Notes under the pieces: generated by a model
The model's input: the letters and a program-made list of their open reading frames with translations, nothing else
The model's database searches: none
What the model was told of the DNA's origin: nothing
Made by a program: the position numbers and the translations under genes
Source of the DNA: a virus
Taxonomy: Duplodnaviria > Caudoviricetes
Direction: 5' to 3' (one strand)
Virus record (IMG/VR): IMGVR_UViG_3300043409_000379
Coordinates: 1 to 56,301 of that record
Length of the DNA stretch: 56,301 bases
Shown here: positions 47,174-55,657 of the stretch, piece after piece
How the letters are laid out: every line of letters starts with the position of its first letter
Numbering within the stretch: position 1 is the stretch's first letter

Positions 47174-48043
47174 TCAGTCTCTCTCTGCTTGCTTCAGATT
47201 TACCTGCCGGGCGTACTGTTCATAACTCAGCCCCAGTGCTTTGGCAATCTTTTTTTGTGAAGTGGAAAGGTCGTCACCCTTGACAGCCTTGTTTGTTCTT
47301 TGTGCGCTGGTAGGCCGCGCACCTCCGACAGCGGATGCCAGCTTGGTTCCCTTGGCAAATTTATGCGGGAAATCATTCCGAATACGCTTGTCCAACTCAC
47401 GATAATACGCATCGCTCGAAGGATTGAACCCCTCTGCAACAAGATCATTGTGAGTGTCGTAGGCCGTGTAAGTCATGGCCTTATCCGCTCCAAACCATTC
47501 ATTACGCTCCGCCCACTGCTGGGCCTTCTCGTCAGGAACTGGTTCTCTTTGAGGAGCAGCAACTTGCTGCGCAGACTGTTTGTCATACAACGTCCGCTGT
47601 TCCTGTTGATACTTGTAGTTGCGGATCTTGTCGCGTTCCAGTTCAAGCCTTGCAAGATACTGGTTAGCTTCAAGCTGTTTATCCGTGTCACCAGTGTCAA
47701 CAGCAGATCGATACTGGTCCTTGTAAAGCTGCTCTTGGACCTTGATCCGCGTGTCAGCTTCTGTCGTGTACGACTGATCCAAAAGTGATGTGCGCCTCTG
47801 CATAACATCAAGCTGGTTCTTGACAGATTTGGCATAGTCCAGTGCCGCCTGTTCACGACGCTCGGTTTCGCGGACTTTATAAGTCAGCTTACCAATGCGC
47901 TTCCTGACAGATTCACTCTGGGAGGCTAGGTCGTCATCGTCGTCGTCTTTTGATTTCGGTTTAACCTCTACCTCAACATCCTCGTCATCTGACAACTCTT
48001 CATCTACAACGGTTACTTCAACATCTTCATCATCTTCAAACAT
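47174..48043 (-). CDS. Capsid scaffolding protein
   Basis: Acidic N terminus, coiled coil, C-terminal IAKALGLSYEQYA; upstream of the MCP. Confidence 0.7.
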   Translation of the reverse strand: MFEDDEDVEVTVVDEELSDDEDVEVEVKPKSKDDDDDDLASQSESVRKRIGKLTYKVRETERREQAALDYAKSVKNQLDVMQRRTSLLDQSYTTEADTRIKVQEQLYKDQYRSAVDTGDTDKQLEANQYLARLELERDKIRNYKYQQEQRTLYDKQSAQQVAAPQREPVPDEKAQQWAERNEWFGADKAMTYTAYDTHNDLVAEGFNPSSDAYYRELDKRIRNDFPHKFAKGTKLASAVGGARPTSAQRTNKAVKGDDLSTSQKKIAKALGLSYEQYARQVNLKQAERD

Positions 48044-48063
48044 GGTAACTCCTTAATGCGCTG

Positions 48064-48543
48064 TTAGACATTCATGATGTCTTCTGGATCAGCGATGGTT
48101 GCGATGACCTCATCATCGTTTAGGATACGAACTTCACCGCCATCAATCTTGAAGCGTGAACCCGCATAGCGACCGAATAGAATCCAGTCGTTCTTCTTGC
48201 ACCACGGACCTGCGGTGAATTTGTTTTCGTCCCCGTAAGCGTCTGGCCCAACTGCCAGAACAAGCCCGACGACGGTGGCAATGGTCTGTCTCTCGACATA
48301 CTCATCTGCCAAATGAATACCGCCTCGTGTCTTACCTATGCCACGATAGGGAAGAACAAGGATGCGCCATCCTGTAGGTTTTGGTAATCGGTCGAATACA
48401 CTGGAGGGGATCTTGGCAGGGTCTAAATACCTGTCCTCCAAGGCCACATAGGCTTCTTCCAGTGCGGATTTTGGGGCCTCTACATTCTGAGGCTGGGCCT
48501 TCATAGCTTCTGCAACGTGAGTTGGCAGTATTAAACTACTCAT
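48064..48543 (-). CDS. groES: Co-chaperonin GroES (Cpn10)
   Basis: PTGWRILV...KTRGGIHL...VLAVGP...YAGSRFKIDGGEVRILNDDEVIA. Confidence 0.9.
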   Translation of the reverse strand: MSSLILPTHVAEAMKAQPQNVEAPKSALEEAYVALEDRYLDPAKIPSSVFDRLPKPTGWRILVLPYRGIGKTRGGIHLADEYVERQTIATVVGLVLAVGPDAYGDENKFTAGPWCKKNDWILFGRYAGSRFKIDGGEVRILNDDEVIATIADPEDIMNV

Positions 48544-48730
48544 CCTTGTCTTCCTGTTTAAGCAGAGAGCGTATTACGTATTCGGCTTCCACCCAGACTT
48601 CGTACTTTGCACGAAGCTGCTTGTATGCCACGAAATCAGGAACCGCGCCCTCTGTGATCGCTTCCCTGATAACTTCTTTTCTGTTAGCAAATGTCCTTAG
48701 AACTCTGTCAGCAAAGAACAGACTATCCAC
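48536..48730 (-). CDS. Hypothetical protein
   Basis: 64 aa with AGGAG RBS, coupled to groES. Confidence 0.65.
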   Translation of the reverse strand: MDSLFFADRVLRTFANRKEVIREAITEGAVPDFVAYKQLRAKYEVWVEAEYVIRSLLKQEDKDE

Positions 48731-48739
48731 ATGATCTCC

Positions 48740-49267
48740 TTATCCAATCGGCGTTGAGTTATGGATCATTGCATCCTTCTTCTGGCTACCTGCGGAGGAG
48801 CCAAAGAAGAACGCCATGATTCCGGTCCAAGCCGCGCTTAACGTACCAAACATCATCAAAAGCACGTCGCCGCCTTTTTCTGGCAGACCGTATACCAGAA
48901 TGTACAGCAATATCCCAAAAAAACCGAACGTCACCCCAATGGCAAGCACCCGGGGGAGCCAGTCCTTTGTTTCCTTCTGCATGTCACGGGCTGATTTCCT
49001 GTCATCAACAGCAATCCGCTCCAGATCAATGTCAAGACTTCTCATTTGAACCTTGAAGTCCGCATCCACCTTCTTGACAGAAGCAAGCTGTTCAGGGGTT
49101 GCCGTAGACAGGGCCGTTGCAATGTCACTGTCATTACCATCGGGGTGGCCAAGAAGAACCTCTGACAGGGCTTTGACAGCAACACCAGCAAGGGGTCCAC
49201 CCAAGGCTGTTGCCAGAGTTGGCGCGACAGACCCGATCAAAGGGCCGAATGTTTTAAGAAGATCCAT
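48740..49267 (-). CDS. Putative holin
   Basis: APTLATALGGPLAG N terminus, DRKSARDM, two TM helices, FFFGSS. Confidence 0.7.
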   Translation of the reverse strand: MDLLKTFGPLIGSVAPTLATALGGPLAGVAVKALSEVLLGHPDGNDSDIATALSTATPEQLASVKKVDADFKVQMRSLDIDLERIAVDDRKSARDMQKETKDWLPRVLAIGVTFGFFGILLYILVYGLPEKGGDVLLMMFGTLSAAWTGIMAFFFGSSAGSQKKDAMIHNSTPIG

Positions 49268-49508
49268 TTTTATCTCCAGTGGATTTAGAACCTAACATGA
49301 TCCCTGACAGAGTTCCTGTCAGGAAGGTGGCGATTGGAGCAATTAGCTTGAAAAACTCTTGGTCATTGGGGGCCTGTCCGTCTATCGGCTGCACAACAAA
49401 TATTAGACTATATAAGACAGCAAAGACAGTTCCTGTCAGAGTAAGACATAGGGATATCCCAATGATAAACTGAAGCAAGGCATGTAGTTCGTCCTCTTTA
49501 ATCCTCAT
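49254..49508 (-). CDS. Two-TM membrane protein
   Basis: Start MRIKEDEL; two hydrophobic helices flanking QPIDGQAPND. Confidence 0.7.
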   Translation of the reverse strand: MRIKEDELHALLQFIIGISLCLTLTGTVFAVLYSLIFVVQPIDGQAPNDQEFFKLIAPIATFLTGTLSGIMLGSKSTGDKNGSS

Positions 49509-49693
49509 CTTGCGACGGCTCCGCACGGGTTTCTTTTTAGGGTGTCGGCTGAACAGGTTCCAGAAGCGGTGCAGATAGGAGGGTTGCACTCCGCCGCGTC
49601 CCAGTTCTTGGGGTCTTGACACGGATACCTGTACCGATCCTCACATCCTGTCAGAACCAAGAATATTGTTCCAGCCACCAACAAGTGTTTCAT
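49505..49693 (-). CDS. Small lipoprotein (possible o-spanin-like)
   Basis: MKHLLVAGTIFLVLTG-C lipobox; Cys/Pro-rich mature part. Confidence 0.65.
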   Translation of the reverse strand: MKHLLVAGTIFLVLTGCEDRYRYPCQDPKNWDAAECNPPICTASGTCSADTLKRNPCGAVAR

Positions 49694-50160
49694 TTGTGCG
49701 TGAACACGACCATTCCGATGCCAACGCATACGGAGAACAAAACAACAGCACCAACAAGCCATGCGCCTATGATTAAGTCCTTCATGTTCTCTTCAGCCTC
49801 ATGCTGGGCCGCCGCTGCCTGACGCTGGGCTTCCTTACGCATTTCGGTTACTTCCTTCTGAATTGAAATCCACGCCTGTTGACCGTATGCGCCTACAAAA
49901 AGGTTTCTGGTGTCTAACTGAAGTTTTTGGGCCTTCTGTTTCAGTGTGTACAGCTTAATCGCCTCGGCCTCAAATTCAGCTTGGCTTTGGAAAAGCCGTT
50001 TATTCCTTTTGCCGCTGGTGAGCTGGGTTATCTGGGCAATTCGGGCAAAGAGGCTTCCGACTTTTTCGGCAACGTCCAGCATCTCATGACCAGAGTCCAC
50101 GGCACCTTTAATGCCGTTGTACAACGCCGTGGCTCCAGCAATGAGAGTAAAAGGGTCCAC
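49690..50160 (-). CDS. Coiled-coil protein with C-terminal TM
   Basis: 156 aa, within the membrane/lysis cluster. Confidence 0.65.
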   Translation of the reverse strand: MDPFTLIAGATALYNGIKGAVDSGHEMLDVAEKVGSLFARIAQITQLTSGKRNKRLFQSQAEFEAEAIKLYTLKQKAQKLQLDTRNLFVGAYGQQAWISIQKEVTEMRKEAQRQAAAAQHEAEENMKDLIIGAWLVGAVVLFSVCVGIGMVVFTHK

Positions 50161-50161
50161 A

Positions 50162-50350
50162 TTAACTCACTGTGTACTTTTGAGGGCGGAGCATTGCACC
50201 AAAGCCACGGGCAGTCTGTTCACCCTTCGGTGCTGGTGAAACTCCGACGGCCGAACCGTTCTTCAAAGGGATTGTCCCCTGATTAACGATTGACTGCGAT
50301 GTCTCAATGGATGGTGTCTTAGTGGCAGCGCGTGGAATTGGGTAGTTCAT
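50162..50350 (-). CDS. Small hypothetical protein
   Basis: AGGAG RBS; C-terminal ARGFGAMLR. Confidence 0.6.
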   Translation of the reverse strand: MNYPIPRAATKTPSIETSQSIVNQGTIPLKNGSAVGVSPAPKGEQTARGFGAMLRPQKYTVS

Positions 50351-50374
50351 GGTAGTCTCCTGTTAACCTGATCA

Positions 50375-53308
50375 TTACGATGAAGTAGCATAGCCAGCCC
50401 CGGGAATACCCGGAAGAGGACGTGGTGGTGATGCAGCGTACAACGCTCCGGGGATGCCCGGAAGAGGCTGCACTGGTGGTGCCGTGGATAGCGCAGTTGG
50501 TGCATATGCTGGTCCAAGATTCGCAAAATCAATCGGCGGTCTTGGCGCAAAAGGTTTTGAGAAATCAAAACCTTTAGTGGCTACCGTTGGCGTTCCAGTA
50601 TACTTCTGTGCCGGTGCAAATTTAGGAACAGTTGGCATAGTTGGCGTAGTTGGCGTAGTTGGCGTAGTTGGCGTAGTTGGCACCACAGGTGTTGTTGGCG
50701 TGGTAGGAGGTTTTGGCGTTAACGCTGTTGGCGTTGAAGGTACATCAGTTCCGCCGGAACCGGATTCTTTAGGGACAACTGGCTCTGATTTTGTAGGAAC
50801 AAATGGGTCTGTTACTATGGGTTGCATTGCAGTGCTTGTTCCGCCTGTTGGAATACCCAACAAGGACGCAATGCCTTGCCCGGCAGTCGAAATACTTCCG
50901 CCTAAAGTAGATAAGGCTTCTCCCGCAATATCCCCTAAATCCTTAACGTAATAATCAACCTCCGGCCCATTCCCATAGTCTACAATCCGGCTTTGGACTT
51001 TGGAAAGATCCCCGTTAGCATATAGATCGGCATATTCTTGTTTTGTTAGACCCGCTAAAAGATCTTGATCCTCAAGGTTTTGTATTTGAGGGGTGCTGTC
51101 AAACAACGATAATAGGCTATCAACAAAAGATTTTTCCACCGCAGGGGGAGGGTTGTAAATGTAGTCGTAGTTAGGTGCCGTCGGTAGTACGGGAGAAGCA
51201 GGGGAAGTGTCGGGAGTGTCGGGAGGGTTGTAAATGTAGTCGTAGTTAGGTGCCGTCGGTAGTACGGGAGAAGCAGGGGAAGTGTCGGGAGTGTTGGGAG
51301 TGTCGGGAGTGTAAGTGTCGGGGCGAGTGCCGTAAAAATAATCAAAATTAGAGTCATCATCGGCGTATAGAATTGATGATGGTGGAAGACGTTCCGCTTC
51401 TCCTGAATCAACAGTAGAATCGGTAATTGTACCAGTATTACCTTCGGCATATTGAACCGGTTTGACGGGAGTGCCGTAAAAATAATTAGAATCAGAGCCA
51501 GCATCTGCACTTTGAGTTGATGGTGCCGTCGAAACTCCGGACATATAGTTTCCGCTGCCACCTGCAACTTGTGCGGGAGTGGTGCCGTAAAAATAATTGG
51601 AATCAGAGCCCGCATCTGCACTTTGAGTTGATGGTGCCGTCGAAACGCCGGACATATAGTTTCCGCTGCCACCTGCAACTTGTGCGGGAGTGGTACTAGT
51701 AAGACTAGCAATATCAAACGAGGTGGTCCCACCCATCTTTAGGTCGGCCCACTTCAAAACATCCGCAGCAGTTTTCCCACCACCTAAAATAGTTGGGTTT
51801 GCTGTGGCAGCATCTCCTCCCGCTACAACAGAGGCAGGGGTATCTGCGGCAGCGTTTAACATGTTTATAGCACCGCCAAGCCCAAGAAAATGAGACAGGT
51901 ACAAGGTGCCTTCGTTTACAGGAAATCCCGCATTTGTAAGACCTTCAGAATTTTCTTTTGCTAGATTTCTTGTCATTTCAAAAGAAATATTAGGGTCAAA
52001 CCTAAGATCAAGAATTTGATCTTTAGTAAGACCCGTTATTAAATCGGGTCGATATTTATTAATTATGTCTAACCACGTACCCTTTGTAAACTGGCCAAGG
52101 CCCGTCGCTGAAGAATTAGGGTTCTGGGCATTAGGGTCCCCCTTAGACTCAACAGTAATAATCTTACCTGTTACTTTGTCTAGGACCGCTTCAATACCTT
52201 TTTGAACAGCTACCCCACCACGGCCGGTTGGACCCGTTGAAGGGGCTTGTTCTTGCATATACTTAAGGGCTGCTGCGCTTTCCGCAGCAGCTTTTCTATA
52301 TGCGTCTTCTGTCGCCTGAATAGTAGCATCTCGGGCAGCGGTCTCACGAGCAGCGGTCTCTCGAGCAGCAGCCTCGGCGCGAGCCTGTTGTTGCTCCTGT
52401 TCACGTTTAACCGCAGCGGCAGATTCTGCTGCTTCGCTAACGCGACGTTCTTCCGCCGCCTTGGTGACGGCAGCTTCTCTGGCAAGTTGATCATCCGCTT
52501 CTTTTCTAGCCGCAGCCTCCCTGACACTCTTATCAATCGCCTCCTGAGTTGCTTTAGCTTTAGCATCGTCTGCCGCTTTTTGAACAGCAGCTTCAGCTTC
52601 TTTTCTAGCAGTCTCTGCTGCTGCTGCTTCTCTAACACGACGTTCTTCCGCCGCCTTAGCAACGGCAGCTTCTCTAGCAAGTTGGTCATCCGCTTCTTTT
52701 TTGGCAGCATCCTCCTTGGCCTTCTTATCAAACGCCTCCTGAGTTGCTTTAGCTTTAGCATCGTCTGCTTTTTTTTGCTTTTCTGCTTCTTCTTTCTTAA
52801 GACGTTTTTCTGCCGCCTTGGCAACGGCAGCTCGTCTAGCAAGTTCTGCGTCGGGATTGTTGGCGTTAGGGGAAAAGCCGGGGATGTTACCACCACCACC
52901 ACCGCTGGAATTACCACCGGAATTACCACCGGGATTGACTGAGTTAACAGAGTTGCCGCCGTATCCACCACCTCCGCCTACAGAACCTCCGCCGCCAGTT
53001 CCAAAACCGGGACTGCCTCCGCCTCGGGCATCCCACCCGGCAGCCGAGCCTCCGCTAACATTGCCGCCTCCGTAATTACCAGTCGCTCCTGAACCAAATC
53101 CCCCAAATCCGGGTTCAAAACTCATTAGCCCCGTGTTCGGATTAATTTTGCCACTGCCGCCCATACGCTTTAACAGGGCAGCTTCTTTTGGGTTAATGTG
53201 GGCTAATATGGTGTCGCCATTACGCCCCATACTCTGCAACTTCTGAGCGGTAGACTGTACACTGCCGCCGTTAGCATAGTTACGACCTACGTACTTATTT
53301 ATCGGCAT
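50375..53308 (-). CDS. Low-complexity virion protein with a lytic transglycosylase-like domain
   Basis: ITVESKGDPNAQNPNSSATGLGQFTKGTW...LYLSHFLGLGGA (SLT-like), with Gly-rich, A/E/K coiled-coil and P/T-rich repeats. Confidence 0.75.
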   Translation of the reverse strand: MPINKYVGRNYANGGSVQSTAQKLQSMGRNGDTILAHINPKEAALLKRMGGSGKINPNTGLMSFEPGFGGFGSGATGNYGGGNVSGGSAAGWDARGGGSPGFGTGGGGSVGGGGGYGGNSVNSVNPGGNSGGNSSGGGGGNIPGFSPNANNPDAELARRAAVAKAAEKRLKKEEAEKQKKADDAKAKATQEAFDKKAKEDAAKKEADDQLAREAAVAKAAEERRVREAAAAETARKEAEAAVQKAADDAKAKATQEAIDKSVREAAARKEADDQLAREAAVTKAAEERRVSEAAESAAAVKREQEQQQARAEAAARETAARETAARDATIQATEDAYRKAAAESAAALKYMQEQAPSTGPTGRGGVAVQKGIEAVLDKVTGKIITVESKGDPNAQNPNSSATGLGQFTKGTWLDIINKYRPDLITGLTKDQILDLRFDPNISFEMTRNLAKENSEGLTNAGFPVNEGTLYLSHFLGLGGAINMLNAAADTPASVVAGGDAATANPTILGGGKTAADVLKWADLKMGGTTSFDIASLTSTTPAQVAGGSGNYMSGVSTAPSTQSADAGSDSNYFYGTTPAQVAGGSGNYMSGVSTAPSTQSADAGSDSNYFYGTPVKPVQYAEGNTGTITDSTVDSGEAERLPPSSILYADDDSNFDYFYGTRPDTYTPDTPNTPDTSPASPVLPTAPNYDYIYNPPDTPDTSPASPVLPTAPNYDYIYNPPPAVEKSFVDSLLSLFDSTPQIQNLEDQDLLAGLTKQEYADLYANGDLSKVQSRIVDYGNGPEVDYYVKDLGDIAGEALSTLGGSISTAGQGIASLLGIPTGGTSTAMQPIVTDPFVPTKSEPVVPKESGSGGTDVPSTPTALTPKPPTTPTTPVVPTTPTTPTTPTTPTMPTVPKFAPAQKYTGTPTVATKGFDFSKPFAPRPPIDFANLGPAYAPTALSTAPPVQPLPGIPGALYAASPPRPLPGIPGAGYATSS

Positions 53309-53320
53309 CAGCGTAACCCC

Positions 53321-55657
53321 TTACTGTCTAGCGCGTTCAAGTGAGACATTTGCACGAAGTTGTGCCACATCTTCCATGGATTGCAATCTTTCGCGGTCCA
53401 AAGCGTCCTTCTTAGCCAACTTCTGCTGATCAAATGCCAGACGAGCCTGACTTTCCTGACCCTTCTGCTGCAATTCCTGACCCTTAAGCTGCAAATTCTG
53501 CTGCTGGATTTCAATCAAAGGATCTACGCCCTGTGGTGGTGGCGGAACAATCTGTTGCAGCAACTGACCCATCAACTGCGATTCTTCCTTCGCAACCTCC
53601 GCAGCCATCTGAACAGGGTCAAGATTAGGCATATTCATGCCCATTTCCTGCTGCATCTTCAACACAACTATTTGTTGTGACGCCAAAGAAGCGTGTTCCA
53701 AGATGTGTGACAGCAACACACCGTACACAGCAGGGGATGTTTGCATGATCGGCATCTGAATGAAGGCAATATGGGTCTTCATATGCTCAATATGGTCCTG
53801 ATCAGGGAACGCCTTCAAAGGATTGCCGCCAGATGGGATCACCAACGACCGAGCATTCTCCAAAAGAGCGTCTTCAGGCTGCGATGGAGGGGGAGGAGGT
53901 AGTACAAGATCAATGTCTTGTACTCCGAGGGCCGAGTACATCCGTCGGTACGCCTCGTAAAGGTTGTGCATCTGCGGTGCAGCCTGAGCCAACTGCAACT
54001 GCTGCTGTGCAAGCGATATCCGCTGCGTCATTGAGAAGATATTCGGGTCGCTGACAGGAACTACGTCCACCCGACCGTCGAAATCAGCCGCCATAATCGT
54101 TTGTTCACCGCCAATTACCTCATATGGGTACTCAGGTGGCAGTGAATCAGCAAAAACCTGCGCCAGCAGCTTCAATTCCTGCATCTGGGCGTTGTGCAAC
54201 CGCTTGTGAACAGCAGAAATGACCCTTGAACCACGCTCCAGCAACGCAATCGTCGTCCCGACAGGCATTTCTTGGTTGGAATCACCCATTCCAAGGTCCG
54301 TGGTCCCCACAAACTTCTGCGCGGCGTCAATACAGAAGCCCAAAAGCTGCATAAGTACCGCAGATGGCTCCTTATACGGCAGCGGCATCAACCCTTCACG
54401 CAATGCGCCACCCGGAGCATCGACATCCCGCCACTCTCCGGGCTGAATAGGACTTTGGTCCTCCATTCGGAGGCCCCTTGTCTTAAACCCACCCGGCAAA
54501 TTGGACAATGTACCCGCGTCAATCAACTGGCGGAGGATGGAGGTCGAAGATCGTGACAGATTCCCCAAAAGGTGAACCAGCCCAAAGCCATAAAACCCTA
54601 ACCCCGGCAAGAACTTGTAATGAACAAAGTACTGACGCTTCTTTTTCTTCGGATCGTCTTCACGGTAGTTGCGACGGATGGACAAAACTTCCATCGAATC
54701 AGGGTCAAACGTAACAATGTACGGCAGTTTGATGCCAGTCTCTTCACCGTCCTCGTCCGTGTCTTCAAAACCCTCTATGTCAAGGTTGCAGTGGCACTCG
54801 TACAAAGCGTACTCTTCGCTGTCGCCCGTAGGTTCCCTGCCAGAAATATCGTCCAGCCGCTCTTGGATCTGGTCGCGCTCGTTCTCTGCCGGTTCTCCGA
54901 GGTCTACGTCCCGATAAAATCCGCTCACCTGCTGCTTGCGGAGTTCATTCTTGCTCATACGTAATACGTGTGTAACGCGCTCCGCCGTCATCAGATCTCT
55001 TGCAAGATACGGAACGATCAAATCCTTCGGCAAAACGTACGGACTTGTCGCCCTTTCCAGAGATGTGTCGTAATACACCTTCTTGAAGGTACTTCCGCCG
55101 TATCCAACATAGAACAGCATCTGATCAAAGTCAGGGTCATACTCTTCCATGACCTGAGTGATCTGGTAGTTCATGTACGCCTTTACGCGCTCCGCCTGTG
55201 CTTCACGCTCCGGTGTTACCTTTCCGATGATCGCCGCCCTCGCAGGGCCGCCCGGTGGCAGCAGTTCCTTGTACGACTGTGCTTGGAACTGTGTCACAGC
55301 CTCATTCAAAATAGGATGGGTCACGCCGGAAGCACCTTCAAAAGGTTCCGAACGCTCCTCAAAGGTCAGACCAAGGAGGACCATCCCCTCTTCATAGACC
55401 TTCTTCCACTCTTCGCGGCTGCTGTCGTCATTTTCAATCAAGTCTACCAGATCCAAGGCAATCGTCTTCATGACCTTCTCGTCAAGGACCTCTGCCAGAT
55501 TTGCTTGGAACTCGATCTCTTCGACCTCGGCCTCTTCTTCTTCAAAACCGACTTCATCGTCAATCTCGGGAAGGCCATCAATGTCCTCGTCGTCCATCAT
55601 ATCGTCAACTGGACCACCAAGAGGTGTACCGATATTGTTATATGGCTGCATAGACAT
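53321..55657 (-). CDS. Portal protein
   Basis: 778 aa directly after terL; GASGVTHPIL, FLPGLGFYGFGL, LRQLIDAGTLSNLPGG, PVGTTIALLE. Confidence 0.9.
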   Translation of the reverse strand: MSMQPYNNIGTPLGGPVDDMMDDEDIDGLPEIDDEVGFEEEEAEVEEIEFQANLAEVLDEKVMKTIALDLVDLIENDDSSREEWKKVYEEGMVLLGLTFEERSEPFEGASGVTHPILNEAVTQFQAQSYKELLPPGGPARAAIIGKVTPEREAQAERVKAYMNYQITQVMEEYDPDFDQMLFYVGYGGSTFKKVYYDTSLERATSPYVLPKDLIVPYLARDLMTAERVTHVLRMSKNELRKQQVSGFYRDVDLGEPAENERDQIQERLDDISGREPTGDSEEYALYECHCNLDIEGFEDTDEDGEETGIKLPYIVTFDPDSMEVLSIRRNYREDDPKKKKRQYFVHYKFLPGLGFYGFGLVHLLGNLSRSSTSILRQLIDAGTLSNLPGGFKTRGLRMEDQSPIQPGEWRDVDAPGGALREGLMPLPYKEPSAVLMQLLGFCIDAAQKFVGTTDLGMGDSNQEMPVGTTIALLERGSRVISAVHKRLHNAQMQELKLLAQVFADSLPPEYPYEVIGGEQTIMAADFDGRVDVVPVSDPNIFSMTQRISLAQQQLQLAQAAPQMHNLYEAYRRMYSALGVQDIDLVLPPPPPSQPEDALLENARSLVIPSGGNPLKAFPDQDHIEHMKTHIAFIQMPIMQTSPAVYGVLLSHILEHASLASQQIVVLKMQQEMGMNMPNLDPVQMAAEVAKEESQLMGQLLQQIVPPPPQGVDPLIEIQQQNLQLKGQELQQKGQESQARLAFDQQKLAKKDALDRERLQSMEDVAQLRANVSLERARQ

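Noticed and set aside
51147-51695. DGR template/variable repeat pair
   Set aside because: The copies are adjacent in-frame tandem duplications, and no reverse transcriptase was recognised in the genome.
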